DNA from: Massalongia carnosa
Taxonomy: Eukaryota
Assembly (NCBI GenBank): GCA_965645245.1
Contig: OZ287068.1
Coordinates: 3,038,001-3,102,000, forward strand
Reading direction: 5' to 3'
Length of the DNA stretch: 64,000 bases
Shown: positions 1-13,300 of the stretch, one piece after another
Position numbering within the stretch: position 1 is the first letter of the stretch
How the letters are laid out: each line of letters begins with the position of its first letter
Program-made: the position numbers and the translations under genes
The notes under the pieces: generated by a model
Database searches by the model: none
What the model saw: the letters and a program-made list of their open reading frames with translations, nothing else
Told to the model about the DNA's origin: nothing

Positions 1-329
1 TTTTTTATCCGGTTCACTAAACAGAAGAACTGGGATGGCCTCTCTTCTCAGTCCGGATCCCTTGGCCCAATCTACATCATTCTTCATCAGGATGCAGTAC
101 CCAGATTGGGATTTCATAAACCTTGTTTGATGTTGTTACTCATCCGCCTCCTCGCCGTGGATGAAACATCTAGACCCCTGCATGCAACCTAACACCCCTA
201 GTTTCCGACTACACCTTGCTTGACTACTTAAGCGATACCCGTAGGGAGACTCCAGTTTAGATCAGCCTTCTTAAGACTGTGATACCTTGTTTACAGTTAC
301 ATACTTATGCTCTTCGATCGATTCGGTAT

Positions 330-3300
330 ATAAATTGTACCGCCAGAACCCTTTGAGAAAACCCTTTACTTTGCGTGTCGAAAGATTGGCCTCTTATTAA
401 CTTGGAGTCGTTTCGACAATGGAGTGCTGGGTCATACGGTCTGGTACATCATTAGACCACCAATCTAATTTATGATCTGAACTGCAAGGAGCCATGAAGC
501 TATTCAGAGCTTTCAAAGATATGGATGCCGACCCCTCTTTCCCAAATTATATTACAGTACTTCGGACTTCCAAGAGTTTCTCCAGCTACTCCCTCGATAG
601 CTAATATGAAAAAAATCCAGAGACACCATAATGATCGCCAGCTTAGTTTGGAACCGCATTATGCTGGACACCCTGTTTCCAAAGCTTTGATGGAAACAAG
701 CTTTGAAGATATTTTTTAGTAGATATTGTCCAAGATAAGTGCTAGGAGTGAGACAAATCATCTATTTTTCTATTAGCTTTAACACTGGTACGCAAGTCGT
801 GCTCTGAAGGTTATTAACAGCTATGAAATCTTCCTTTCAGCTTTGGAATAGAGAATGTCTAGAAAGCGCATGGGTACCATATTTCATTCTTCTAACTCTA
901 CAGAAATGCTTCAAGTGCTCCAGAAATTGTTTCCACTACCTCAAGGATAATTTGGCAACCAAACCCCTGAACGATGGTCTCTTACGCTTTCACACCAGAC
1001 TTCATCTCAAGGATTTTTGATTACGTGCTTCAAAGGTGAGAGATCTCCAAGAAATCATCAATCCTTTCACACATATATTGAAAGAAGAAAGCCCACGGGT
1101 AGAAAAACTAAATATCCCGCTCACTTATATTTATTGTATGGAGTTATAGTGCCTACATTCGAAGATGATGATGATGATGATTGATTCTTGTACCGATCTG
1201 ACACCGGCCGAAGGCCGGCCCATGCGGGCTATCTACTTATTCTTACAGGGAAAACCTTTTAAAGGGATAAAAACCATGCAGACTGCGCCATTATCCCAAA
1301 CGTGTTCCGTTTCTGGACAGCATTCTTCGCTCGATGTTCTGTGAAATCCTTGACAAAATGAGAGTTATCATTCGTATAACAGTTGCGATGCTAGTGAAAA
1401 TTGGGTCAGCAAATTTGCTTTTATTATCCATGTGGTTAGTTTTTTCAACATTTTCGACGAGCTCATGATCGTTCGAAAGTCGTTGGTGCCTATTTGTTTT
1501 AGCACTTCGTATCTGCCGTCGATTAGCCTGCAATGTAGAATAATGTGTTTGGCTGTCTGCTTCTGCCATCCGCACGAGCAGGCCGGGGTCATAACGCCCA
1601 GTACCCGACGATTGAACAGAAAGTTTGCCAAGCCTATTTTTTCGGTGCGGATTTGCGTGGTTAGCGCGCTTTCCGCTTTCATCAGGTTGTTGTGAATCTT
1701 CAGTCTCGTCCTACTGAGAGATCCCAACTGTGCCTCTGTCGGGCGGGGAATGCGGTTCTGGTACGTCTTCTATTTGGAGTCCCAGCGTTCCTTGATGCGT
1801 TCTGTGGTGGCCTTTGTGTGTTTCTCTATGGTATGGCGTGTCGTGGTGCATTTTTCGAGGTGCGCCGGGTCGGGTGTAGATACATTCGAAGATAACACAA
1901 GCATAATAAACCTATTGTATTCGTGGTTTAACAAAACATCGGACTTCAGAAACGTAACTTGAATTTTTTCCTGAGGAATTTTCAGTTTCGAACATTGGAG
2001 ACTCCTTTCATCCAGGGCAAGCGCATGGATTCAAGTACTACCATTTAAGTCATTTCCACGAAACTCTTAACGTTTTAGAGATTGACGGGCTTACCTTACA
2101 TACTTGATCTTAAAGCCCAACATGCGCCAAATACCTTTTTCCAGATTATATTAGGACTTGCAACACGATTTTTAAGGTCGAACTACTAGTGATTAAGGAG
2201 TTTTTAGACTGCATATTTATCAGGGTCCTAAAATAATTTCGGGTGGAGAAGAGACTTAGAAAGATTAACCTTTGCATTTCTTAATTACCCACAGCCCAAC
2301 TCAAGGCTTCCTCAACCCAGCCTATGGGGAGAAGGAAAAATTTCAGAGGCTTGGAAATAACCCTTGCTGAGGTTTTATGAGCATTTGAAAACGACAAAGT
2401 CAAACTTATGTTTTGGAGCTTCTCTTGACAGCTGATGGAAGAAGCAATAAAAGGGGTCCCCATTCCAGTCACTCGCATCTTCCAAAAACGTGCTTTAAAT
2501 AGTTATCAGACAACTCTTGGGGTCTTCCCGTTAGTAAACTCATCATATTATCATAAGCTCAGGACACAGCAAAGCCTAGCCCTAATTCAGTCTCGTATAG
2601 AGGAAGACTAAGAGCAAATTTGATGAGCTCTCTCGGAATATGTTAAGGGCCCAAATAGCTCGCATTACAGAGTTATGAGCTCGGCATGGCAGAGCATCCC
2701 AGAGAAGCTTAGAGAGTTCGTCGCAGTTCGAAGTCCGAAAACTTCCCGGATAAATCCGTGACCCCAATGGAAACCAACGTTGCTACTCCATCCTGGTAAA
2801 TTCAGATGAGACATAGGAAGAATTATGATACTCTCGAGTTGTGGAGGGACTTAGATGACTTTGTGTCCTGACATGGAGAACGATATCACGAGGTCGTACA
2901 GCGGATAGATCTAAGAGCCCGCTGGTTAGATATCCCGATGTGGATGAAGAAAACAGGTAGTAAGAAGAAAATGGAGTTTCTACCAACCGACTGCCGCACA
3001 TGGAGGCCGCTGTACTTCTGATACCATGGAAATGGTACGCCCAAAATCATTCATATCGTCGGAAGCTCTCCTTGGAAGATGAGAAAATCTATTTATTTGA
3101 CTTCAAGAAATAAGATCGCACCGGAATTATATTAAATACTTTCATTGGCTCGAAAAAATATCACACCATTCAATAAGCATTGATACACTCTCATAGCCTT
3201 GTAACTATCGATACATAAGGCCACCGTTCCTAACACTACCATCCATTTATGAGCAAGAAGAGTGAAAGCGGCTTCAGATTCCATCCTTCTTATATTAAAA

Positions 3301-5700
3301 GACATTCTGGATTGTCTTTCAGTTCATAACTTAATGTCAGCAGTCCAATCGAAGGCGCCTAGATCACGGAAACAGGATTAAGGAAAGGGAAATCTACATA
3401 TATACCGATTAGGAATTCTCAGTCAGCTAAGAATTGTTCCTCAATAAGCGTGATGAGATTTCGAATGAGGCGCTTGACCAGACAGTACGACATTCTCTAT
3501 GTGGGGGAGACGGTGCGGTCTCTGCTTCACAGGATAATACTCTCCAAATTCATTATAAACAAAATTCGCCCGAATGAGCGGGGAAAAACGATACGAACGA
3601 TTAATGAAGCTTTCCCGTTATCATAGAAAACTGAATTCTTTCTCATAGATTTCATAACAGAATTAATCCTCTTGGTGCTTGTTTTCAAGGGTTTTTCAGG
3701 AACTTATTCCCCTAAAGTGTCGGTATAGAGTTATGTTCCACTAATCGCAGTAGGAGGGAGAAGCAAGCGGCGAATCTATATTCTCCTAAACGAAATCAAA
3801 TTCTTGACCAAACCAGCTACCACTTCAGTGAATTGAAGTCAGCCAATCATAGTAGTGTAAAGGGCTTAATGAAGCATCAGCGTCGTTGCTTCTCCTATGA
3901 GTCCATTCCCTCAGCAAAATTAATAACCTTTTCTAGGCTTAGAGTGACTAGGAGGACTTGGGACGAGAGTGTTACTCGTCTCTTAGAATTAGGTCAAGCT
4001 ATGGATTGGACTAGTACCAGGCCTTGAGGGATCAAGTCAACTCGAAATATTCGTACGAAGGAGCAGTGAATTAGCCTCACTGCCATGGCGATAAAGCAAG
4101 TTTTCCCGGCAGGTATAATAAAATCTATAAAACGAAAATGAAGCGTCTGCCTCATTGCCCATCTTTGCGGAGGAACTTAGCTTAAGCAGATATTCCAGTG
4201 GGATAGGGCTAGTTATTAAAATGGGTACGGCTGTACCATGGAGCCAGTTCTTAGTCTTTCTTACATCGCGGACTCACAGACGGAAATAAACCTGCTTTTT
4301 TTCATCGAATCAAATTCCCGGGATTGAGATACCCAGAAATATCACCCGAAACCAAAAACAGCTCAATCCCTCAGCTATCTTATCCACGAAACTCCCTTGC
4401 AGCTACCGTTTATTTCCCTTTCATTTCTTTTCCCTGCAGATAAGATCATACCAGCCTTCTCTAATTTGGCATAGAAGGACTTGGAGAAATGCAAGTGTAT
4501 TTCTTCGAGTAAATAACCACGCTTTTGCTAGGCCGTCAACTTATATCTATGGGGCCAAGGAAGTGGATTGAAATCAAAGAAGCAAATCCTTACCTTTGCT
4601 TCAATCACCCAAGGTTTCGGCAAATGAGTTAAGAGGTCACTCATTCCAACGGCGGTGACTATAAAGAAAGGAGTATAGAAATCAATTCTTATGTCTCTTT
4701 CCTCCGCTAGCGAAGAAGAATATATACCGTTCTCTCCATACATGCGCCGTAAGGCCAAGGAAATTAAAAAGCATTTAGACTGCCTCCTTACCAGAAAAGC
4801 ATGGAATATCTCCTATAATCGTATATAGAATGTGAGATTCAAGTCAGTTCAGAGGACATGAAAAAGCGCGGAAGAAAGTTCTTGTATCTTATTAAGTACA
4901 AGTTATCTCCGAGAAATTTAAAAACTCTTCTTTTTGTCCGAGTTGGGAAGAAATGGAGGGAAAAAACGGTCAACTCCCTTGGTTCGGAACCACGGAATTT
5001 TGCCAAGCAGTGTTGGATCCTGGGAACTCAGTCAAGGTATCTTGTATTCGCAATCTTATGGGTGCTAAAAGCAACTTCTTATCACTTTCTATTACTGATC
5101 TTTGAAGTTTTGTTGGAGCTCGAGGCAAAAACGGCTTCATAAGCTTGGAAGCCGGCCTGGAGAAACGCTGAAGGCGCTCCGTAGGAGAAGATCATCCAGA
5201 TAGTAAATTCAGGCTTGGTGGATTATTCAGAAAATGTACAGGATCATATTTATGAAAAGGAATATTCATCGATGTCAGGAATTCATGACACCATCTAACT
5301 AGTCTAGTATGGAGCGTGCCGTTACTTTTATATCGAGGATTTCATGAAAGCAAACCTAAAGTTCTTTTACGCGTGCTCGACGGAACGTTTCTTAAAAATC
5401 CCCATGGGTATGGACAAGGAAACGAACGTTGCTTAAATTAACGGCGAAATTGCTATTGCTCGGCAGGTTTATAAGCCAGCTTCTCACTTTTTGAAAGAAG
5501 AAAATTGAGAGGCGCACTCCTTTTTAGCATATATGCTCGTATCATCATTTTTCCGGTCTTGATAATGGCAACGACATGCCCTTTTACAGCCTGAAAAACA
5601 GTACCGGAGGTATCTGCCCCTTTGCCGACTTAAGTTGACGCAATCGCGAACCCAACAGCTGAGTTTAAAATACCTATTGGAGAGCTTCTGGAACTGCAAG
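330..5700 (+). pseudogene. Heavily decayed coding-like remnant, possibly a DUF3505 / recombinase-like / RecQ-helicase type element
   Basis: No long ORF. Manual translation gives fragments loosely resembling that family: CFQSFDGNKL*RYFLVD (~675-725), SQSAKNCSSISVMRFR..RQYDILYVG (from 3417), LWGQGSGLKSKKQ..IPT..KSILM (from ~4547) and PMGMDK (5401). Stop-ridden, and the resemblance is by eye only. Confidence 0.2.
1167..1880 (-). mobile_element. 5'-truncated non-LTR retrotransposon (Tad/CgT1-like LINE) 3' fragment
   Basis: ORF 1368-1727 carries the C-terminal LINE ORF2 motif (QIRTEKIGL..CSCG..QTAKHIILHC). (ATC)n tail at the 3' end, seen as gatgatgat on +. 3' stem-loop ccggcc-gaa-ggccgg at ~1204-1218. 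Flanked by the direct repeat tacattcgaagat at 1154-1166 and 1881-1893. Confidence 0.85.
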
Positions 5701-8700
5701 TGCTAAGAGTCAAACGATTTAGAAGACTCAGGCTAGCTCCTGACCCCATTGTTATGATCCATTTATGACTCTAGTCTCGCAAGCAGCTGACAGCCTGGTC
5801 CCAGGAAAACCCAGTATAGCCATAAGGTTTTCTGCTCGTCCCTCTGGGGCTTCAGTGAAGACATATATCGATCAGAGGCAATCTTTGGATAAGGACATTT
5901 CTTAAGAGAATAAGCCAGAAAGGATTTTAGAAGCATATACGTAGGAAAAAACCGTTAGAAAAAACCCTTCAGATTTATCGATACGATAGTAAAAGGCTAT
6001 TGACGATAACCTAAGAGAATACATATAAGTGGTCCTTTAGTGTAAACCACACTCTTAATGCTACACCTATTATTGGTTTTCTAAAAGCTTCCTGTTCGTT
6101 TAGTTCCAACCCACGCATCACTCGCGGTTCATCAATGAATTTTAGTTTACATGCCGGGTTTATATTATAATGTCGCTTCGAACAACATCTACATTCGTTA
6201 ACCTACAGAAGGACTCCAACCACGTTATATTAATAAATAAATTCAATCTTCAGAGCCGAGGCTAAGGAGCAGGATATCTTTTCTGTTCTACTTCAAAGCA
6301 TGAAATCGACACCAGAATGCGATGGGTCTGTTCCACCGACTCAGAATCTTATTTCGGATTTTGCCAGACTTGCGAAGCATATCGAAAACCAGCCAGCCAC
6401 TACTGAATAGACTTGTGTTAAATATCAATTGACCTCACCATGGTTTAGAGATGTATAGGGGATCTTTCGTTAAGAAATACTCAAGAAAATTGTTTATGGT
6501 GGGCTTGGATGAAGTGGGATCCATACAACGAGATCTTCGAAATGATGGATCCTGGGAGAGAACTAAATTAAACCACCACAAGTTAGAATACCGAGACGCT
6601 ATAAGAAGGGAATCATACATTTCTCATTCTTCGAAGACAGACAGAATTCTGTTCTACAAGTAGCTTACTAGATTTCCTAAAGCTATTAAACCGGTTTCGC
6701 GAAGATTTCGAATCTCATCCGTGGATTCAATTTTAGCTTCAGAGGGATACGATCGGTCTGAAAGATTCTTCTACCGCAGAGAAAACTCAAGCCAACGCGA
6801 AAACTCTACATGTGTAAACCATAATCATGCTGATCACAACATGAACGACATACAACTTCTAGAGATTTGATATTCCGAATTTCCGGAGTGTTCGACAGCA
6901 GCATCCTTCAAGAGTTTGAGCTGATGCGCTTAAGGAAGCTTTTGTCAAGTTTTAAATTTAGGGAGATTTCTCAGACACAGCCCGATCACAGCCATTACTA
7001 TCAAGTATACTCAATATTTTCAGTATCCACAATACCTAAATTTGTCTTAAACCAGGGCCTCAGCCCAATAAATCCTGTAGATCTTGCCCCAAACCTGAAA
7101 TTTTTTCAAATTTTTTTTGGAAAACCGAGGGGTAGATTTTTTCTGCGATTATTTTTGATCAAGACCTCGGCTGTAAACCAAAGATCTGCGAATAGCACAC
7201 AAGAAATATTCTCCGCGAAGATCCTCCATGTTATATACCGGCTACCTCAAACCAGACAAGGGAGTTGGTGACTTAGTACAAGAACGAGTATCTTTGCTAA
7301 GCTTGGACAACGCCTTTCTAGCTATTTTTGAATCCTTCGAGAACACATTTTAGTAAAATGGCTATCATTGCCCTGCTTATCAATAGTCTTCTTGACTTTG
7401 CTTTCCAATTGGACTTTTGCAGCAAATTTCTTATTTTGTAAGGGATTTTATGACCCTGCCAAACCGAATAGAGAAGGTATACAGCAGAGCCGTAAATTAA
7501 CCAGAGCATTAGTCGACTCTCCATCAGGAGACTACTTTAATGACACGAGGAAGCATCAGCATTTTATTGTTTTGGGCCGATGTGCTCTGAGAGAAAGTTT
7601 CGTGTCGTGTGAGTGTGGGCATAGCTATGGCAAAATACTGCCGTTGCTGGAAACTGCAACCGTATACAAGCTGCTGCAATTAAGGTTTGCCGCCTGACTA
7701 TCGATGGGTGAGAGTGACCTACCAATCAGATACCTATTATACTGGTGAGGCATAGCTCTTCTGTAGGAAATTGACTTAAAGCACCACAGCTAAATAATTA
7801 GACTCCCACCACTCAACAATCATTCTTTTCGTCTACTGGATACCGTCAGAGAGATAGTAGTATGACTGAGTTAAGTAAAATTCCAGCAAGCTTTGAAATT
7901 GAAGATGTGGAAGGCATTTAAAACCAAGAGGCTTCTCGACTTTGAAGATTTTACGGGAGATATCCGGAGCAAGAAGGCTATCCAAGCCCGAAATTGAATG
8001 GAAGATGGCATCTATCAAAATAAAGCCACCAAGAAATTCACTCGCACGGCGATAATCAGGATTTTATTCAGAACGCCCGGAATACAAGCAGAGTGGAGCT
8101 AGGCCGTGTGGCATTCCAAACCATAAAGAACTTTATCCTTAACTTAAATCACAACACTGAGGAGCATATGCGAGACTCCACCAGTCCTCTTCAATTATCA
8201 TTCGAAGAAGCAAAGATCTTATTCCCAACCCGACAAAGATCGGTATAAACATAGCATGGCGGGCGTACCATCCCATTATATACCGCTCCAAGGAGCACCG
8301 CATTTGTGTCCTGCTACGGAGCAGGGAGCCAGCTAATTTAGGAGGCCACTTCAAATAGAATTCTTGACAACAACTCTAAATAGGGTGCTCCGGTTGGAAT
8401 CTTAGTCCAATGGAAGATCCTCACGCAAAATCCGTAGTACCCGCTTCTCAGGGAGTCAGAGCTGGCTAGAGTCGAGACAGCTTGTGGGGGGGGGCGAGTA
8501 GCTATGACGAACTAATAGTATAACACAACCCATTTGTTTCCACTTTGTATAGCAGGAAAAGCCACGACCGGGATTCTTTTAAAAAAAAAGGAAAGGAAAG
8601 CATCAGGGCCAAACAGCTTGTGTGCCCAAGGGAATAAGAATACATTTCCATGTTGCGGATTATATTGATGCATAGAAGCATCACAGTTAACATCTACGAG

Positions 8701-9876
8701 ACCGTGCCATCTTAGAACTGAGATTTTGGAACCGATTTCAAGTTTTTACGATCGATACAATTTGTAAAAGGTTGTAAAGTCAAAACCACAGTATTATCTA
8801 TTTAATTTAATATTCGCAGCATTGAAATCGAAAAATTGAAAACTTTTCTAAAATTTACGATACTTACGAAATTAGCGGAAAATGTCACACTTGATTACCC
8901 GGACGATAAATTTTTGATAGCACAATAAAGTTGCTGTCTATTTTGCAATTGAATACAATTTCTAAGTGACATGATACCGTATATAATCATAAACTTACAG
9001 CAGGCTTCGGAGGAACATGAGTTATCATGTCATGTTGCGATCGCAGAATTACTTCCGGATATACAATGTTATCCGTTTTTCCGTCATTTCGTTCCGAAAA
9101 CAACACACACAATCGAGACACATCCGTAACTCGAGATAATGCCACATATGACTGACCATGAGTAAAAGGAGGAGCTCGCAAATCGACTCCTACCGTGTCC
9201 AATGATTGACCCTGCGACTTGTTGACAGTCATAGCAAAGCACAATCGTATGGGAAATTGTTTGCGACTTATGATCCAGGGCAACTCGCCTTCCGTGGTAT
9301 TAAGAAGAATCCGGGAAATTAATCGCGTTTCATCGTTGAATTCTCCTCCCAAAATCTTTCCCTCTAGACAGGTCCGCGAAATGTGAATAAGACGTAATCG
9401 GGTGCCGTTACAGAGACCAAGTTTGGGATATAAATTCCGCAACAAAATAATCGAAGCTTCAAGTTTCAGTTGCAATTGTGAAGAAGATAAAGACGATGTT
9501 TAGCAAGGTTTGTAAAAACTCGAGAGGAAGAAAGTCTCCTCGTTCCTGCGCCGTATCGTTCTCTATTTGATCAACGGAATTCAAGGTGTGCGAATCGCCT
9601 TGCAATTTAGTCAGTATTGCACCGTTTAACTCCGCGACGATATCGTTTCGCATTGTCAAAATTGCTCGACTTGCGAAAAAATCCGCATCCAGATAAGCTT
9701 GCCGCATGCGATGAAGGAAAAACGGTGTCCACGAAACTCTAAGTTGTTCAATTGATTGACTTGTTCCGATAGCTGAACACGACCGTAAAAAGAAGGATCA
9801 TAAGAAAAATTTCCGATCCAGTCCGCAAACGCCTCATTGGCGACTCCGTTCCGAGTTCGCATGTTTTGACGCAAAA

Positions 9877-10067
9877 TGTTGAATGGCGGTTGCGATTATG
9901 GTTATAATGGCTTGTTGGGCTCACTGCGTGGATAGCGGGTAGTCTAATCTTCTCTAGGAAGGTTTTAGGTTTAGCGTGCTTTGCCCTTTGGTGAAAAGTC
10001 TGCTCTTTTCCTTTCAGATAGCTATATAGTCAATGCGATTACCTGCAACCAGAGTCTCCTTTTAACT
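9877..10067 (+). repeat. 5' LTR (191 bp, TGTTG...TAACT)
   Basis: Direct repeat of 15054-15244; preceded by the TSD and followed immediately by the PBS. Confidence 0.97.
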
Positions 10068-10077
10068 GGTTATGAGC
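10068..10077 (+). promoter_or_regulatory. Primer-binding site GGTTATGAGC, complementary to the anticodon stem-loop of initiator tRNA-Met (half-tRNA priming, Ty5/Drosophila copia type)
   Basis: Abuts the 5' LTR. Reverse complement GCTCATAACC matches the fungal tRNAiMet anticodon arm. Confidence 0.8.
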
Positions 10078-10131
10078 ACGGTCAGCAACAAGCTTCCGAA
10101 CATCAGAAAAGGATATAGCTCTTCGCAAATC

Positions 10132-10330
10132 GCTATCTCGGCAGCTCGACTACGATTCCTTTAGGTAGGAAGAATCAGCACCTCGGCAGCTCCTTACGAT
10201 TCCTATGGTAGGATAAACCAGCACCTCGGCAGCTCCTTACGATTCCTATGGTAGGATAAACCAGCACCTCGGCAGCTCCTTACGATTCCTGTGGCAGGAT
10301 AAACCAGCACTCCCGGCAGCTTGATACGAC
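10132..10330 (+). repeat. 43-bp tandem repeat array (~4.5 copies) in the retrotransposon 5' leader
   Basis: Unit cagcacctcggcagctccttacgattcctatggtaggataaac starts at 10176, 10219 and 10262. There is a partial copy at 10305 and a degenerate copy from ~10132. Confidence 0.95.
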
Positions 10331-10360
10331 GGATCCAACAAGCACAAGCAAATATCAAAA

Positions 10361-13300
10361 ATGACAACAATCGCAGACGATCTAGCGAAAAGAAGACCCT
10401 TGCCCGTTCTGACAAGGGAGAACTATCAAAGATGGTTCGAGCTGGCCGAAATGCATTTCGAAGCGGAAGGCATCTTTCATACAATAAGCGAGCCACAGCC
10501 CAATTCCTCGTACCTTCAGCAGCGAATGGACAAATTAAGCCTTGATGGAAAAGGAATAGATAAATCAGGCACACCCCTCACCCGGGAAACCCCAATTATC
10601 GATTCGGAAAGATGGAGAAAGGACAACGCTAAAGCATGCTATCTTATAACCATCTGCTTAAGCCAATTCGATCAAGAACGCGTAAGAGTGATGAAGACAG
10701 CGGCGGAAAAGTGGACCTCGCTGTTAAGCAAGTACAACAGCATCCTTCCCACTTCAGGAAGACATTACCTTCAAGAGCTGGTGTCATATAAAATGAAAGA
10801 GAACACCACCGTTCAGGAAGCATGGGGGGAACTTTTGTTGTTGAGAGACAAGGTCGTCATGGCCACACCCACACTTCGAGACGCATTTCCCACTCGGCAA
10901 CTATTCCAATTACTCTTACAATCTCTCCCAGCCGAGTACGCGGTCATTAGGGACGGAATTGATGCAATTGGGGGAGTAGATGCCGAAATTGGCATAAAAA
11001 GGTTGGAAGACAAAGAAATTCAGCTAACACAGGCGAAAGCAGATTTAGCCTTGCTCGCAAAGCAGAAAGAACAGCGAAGAGAGCAGCGACGGCCTCTCAA
11101 CCCATCCAGAAGTCAAAGCACATTCAACAACTCCAGGCAGGAGCGATCCAGACGGCACGAAAGGTCCTCAAGTGCAAAGAGAGAAACGAAAATCAAGGAC
11201 AACTCGCAAAAGGGATGCTTAATCTGTGGAGAAGTCGGCCACTGGACCAAAGAGTGCGAATTCTTGGAAAGCACTCGCAGCCACGTCAGGAGCCTCGCGA
11301 AGAAGAAGAAAGAGGTCAATAAAGGCAAATCATCCGTCAAGCGCCATCGGAGCTATCTCGCTGGCGAGTCAGAAGAAGAGGACGAGAACGATAGCTTCTC
11401 ATCAGGCGACAATGACGATGATCTAGATGATCTCGAGGAAACTGCGGCCCTCTCCAGAGAAGCAGTCTGTAAGATTCCCAGATCAAAATGGGTAGCTGAC
11501 TCTGGCGCATCATCCCACATGACTGACAAGCTTCAGCTCTTTAGCGGACCTCTGACAAAGATTAGAGAAAGAAGAATAAAGGTCGGCGGGGGAGAATTGA
11601 GAGCATGTCATCGCGGTACGTGCGTGATCAAGGATGGGCACGGAAATCAGGGATTTCTTTCTTCTGTCCTTTATGTCCCCAAGCTAGGGGTTAATCTCTT
11701 GTCTGGAAGGCGGATGTGCGAGAAGGGCCTCATCGGAAGTTTCGATCAGCACGGGCTGAAGATGCATGACAAGCAAGGCAAGGAGATCATGGAGGCACGG
11801 CAGCGAGGGGGAGTATATATCGTCGAGAAAATAGCAAAGGATCTCGATGAATTCGCATTAACCGCGTCCATGCATCATGACATTGCCTTTCCAAGCAAAG
11901 TTGATATTGCATCACTCTCGTCTTCATCAGAGGCGTTAAAGCCGCGCGGCGCGGGTTTAACATGTCCAACAACACATAACAATATGGAAATCGAGATTGA
12001 GTCAACACCCGCACTTAACCCAACCAAGACGGACAAACACTCTGAAACGTACAGGCTATGGCATCGAAGATTCGCTCACCTAGGCCGAGAAAAGCTTCGT
12101 AACCTGCATAAGGTCACCACCCTAGAAAAGCCTATTCCGGTCAGCAAAGAAGAGGATCACATTTGCGAGGTATGCGCGCTCACTAAGCTCACCAATAAAA
12201 GAGGCAAAGCGACCGAGCGAAAAACCTCACTTCTGGCTCTGGTCTCCATCGATATTTGCGGTCCTTTGCCTGCCTCTCGAGAAGGATACACATACTTTTT
12301 GGAAATTGTGGACAACTATTCTAGAAAGATATGGTCCATTCCACTCAAAAGGCGAGACGAAGCACCAGGTGAATTGCGAAAATGGAGAATAAAAGTCGAA
12401 TTACAAAGTGCAAAAAGACTATTGGCTGTACGGAGTGACAATGCCACCGAGCTGAAGGCTACTCTTGATGAATGGTGCTCCTCAATCGGTATTATTCCGC
12501 AATACACCGTTCCTCATATGTCTATTCAGAACGGAGTCGCCGAGCGAGCAATTCGTACCACCGAGAACTCGGTGCGAGCCATGATAAAGGATGCAGAACT
12601 CCCAATCGAATTCTGGAAGGAAGCCATGGAAACTGATGCATATCTTCGGAATCGCACGGGATGCGGACCGATCATCGACGGCTATGCTAGCACACCGGAA
12701 GAAGCCTTCACGGGCGTCAAGCCATCCATTGATCACATTAGGGTATGGGGATGCAAATGCTATTCGTACGTCGATCCCAAATCGCTACCCGCGGGGGACA
12801 GAAGAGACAAGTTCATGGACAGAGGCAGAATCGGAGTCTTTATGGGATATGTAGAAGAGACCACTAAACAGTATCGTCTCTGGGCACCCGACATGGGAAA
12901 AATCATCAGAAGCCATGTCGTAAAATTTGATGAAAATTTAAAAGGTGGCAGCGTTGATTTAAACTTGCGGAAGCAGACACCCAACGTGCTACCAGAAAGA
13001 CGGCCAGTAGGAAGACCACAAAAGACAAAAGAAACGAAAATCAGCGAACCCGCCAAATTAGTAGAAAGATTTTCGCATGTGGAGGTTTCTAGTCAACAGA
13101 ATCAAACTCATGACCAACCAAACCCGAAAGATGATGTCACTCAAAACGTACCACCAATCCCAACTTCCGAAGAGTCGCCCATAGCGAATGATTCAATCCC
13201 AGCCGCAGCTGTGCCTAAGGCTAGCACTAGCATATTCTCTCATGTTGCAATCCCGAAGCGAAAGCGATCTGATGAAGACTCAGTTCCCGAAGAACCGGCT

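Noticed and set aside
5700..8700. Short ORFs in decayed AT-rich DNA, also 23400-24500
   Set aside because: No recognisable domains by eye; probably TE or pseudogene debris.
8460..8990. Search for a Helitron 3' hairpin + CTRR terminus
   Set aside because: No GC-rich hairpin next to a CTRR was found, so the terminus is not called.
10132..10330. CRISPR-like appearance of hairpin-containing repeats
   Set aside because: Units are head-to-tail with no unique spacers, there are no cas genes, and the context is a eukaryotic retrotransposon leader.
10203..10574. ORFs 10203-10574 (-) and 10321-10545 (+)
   Set aside because: Shadow frames of gag and the leader repeats; no recognisable motifs.
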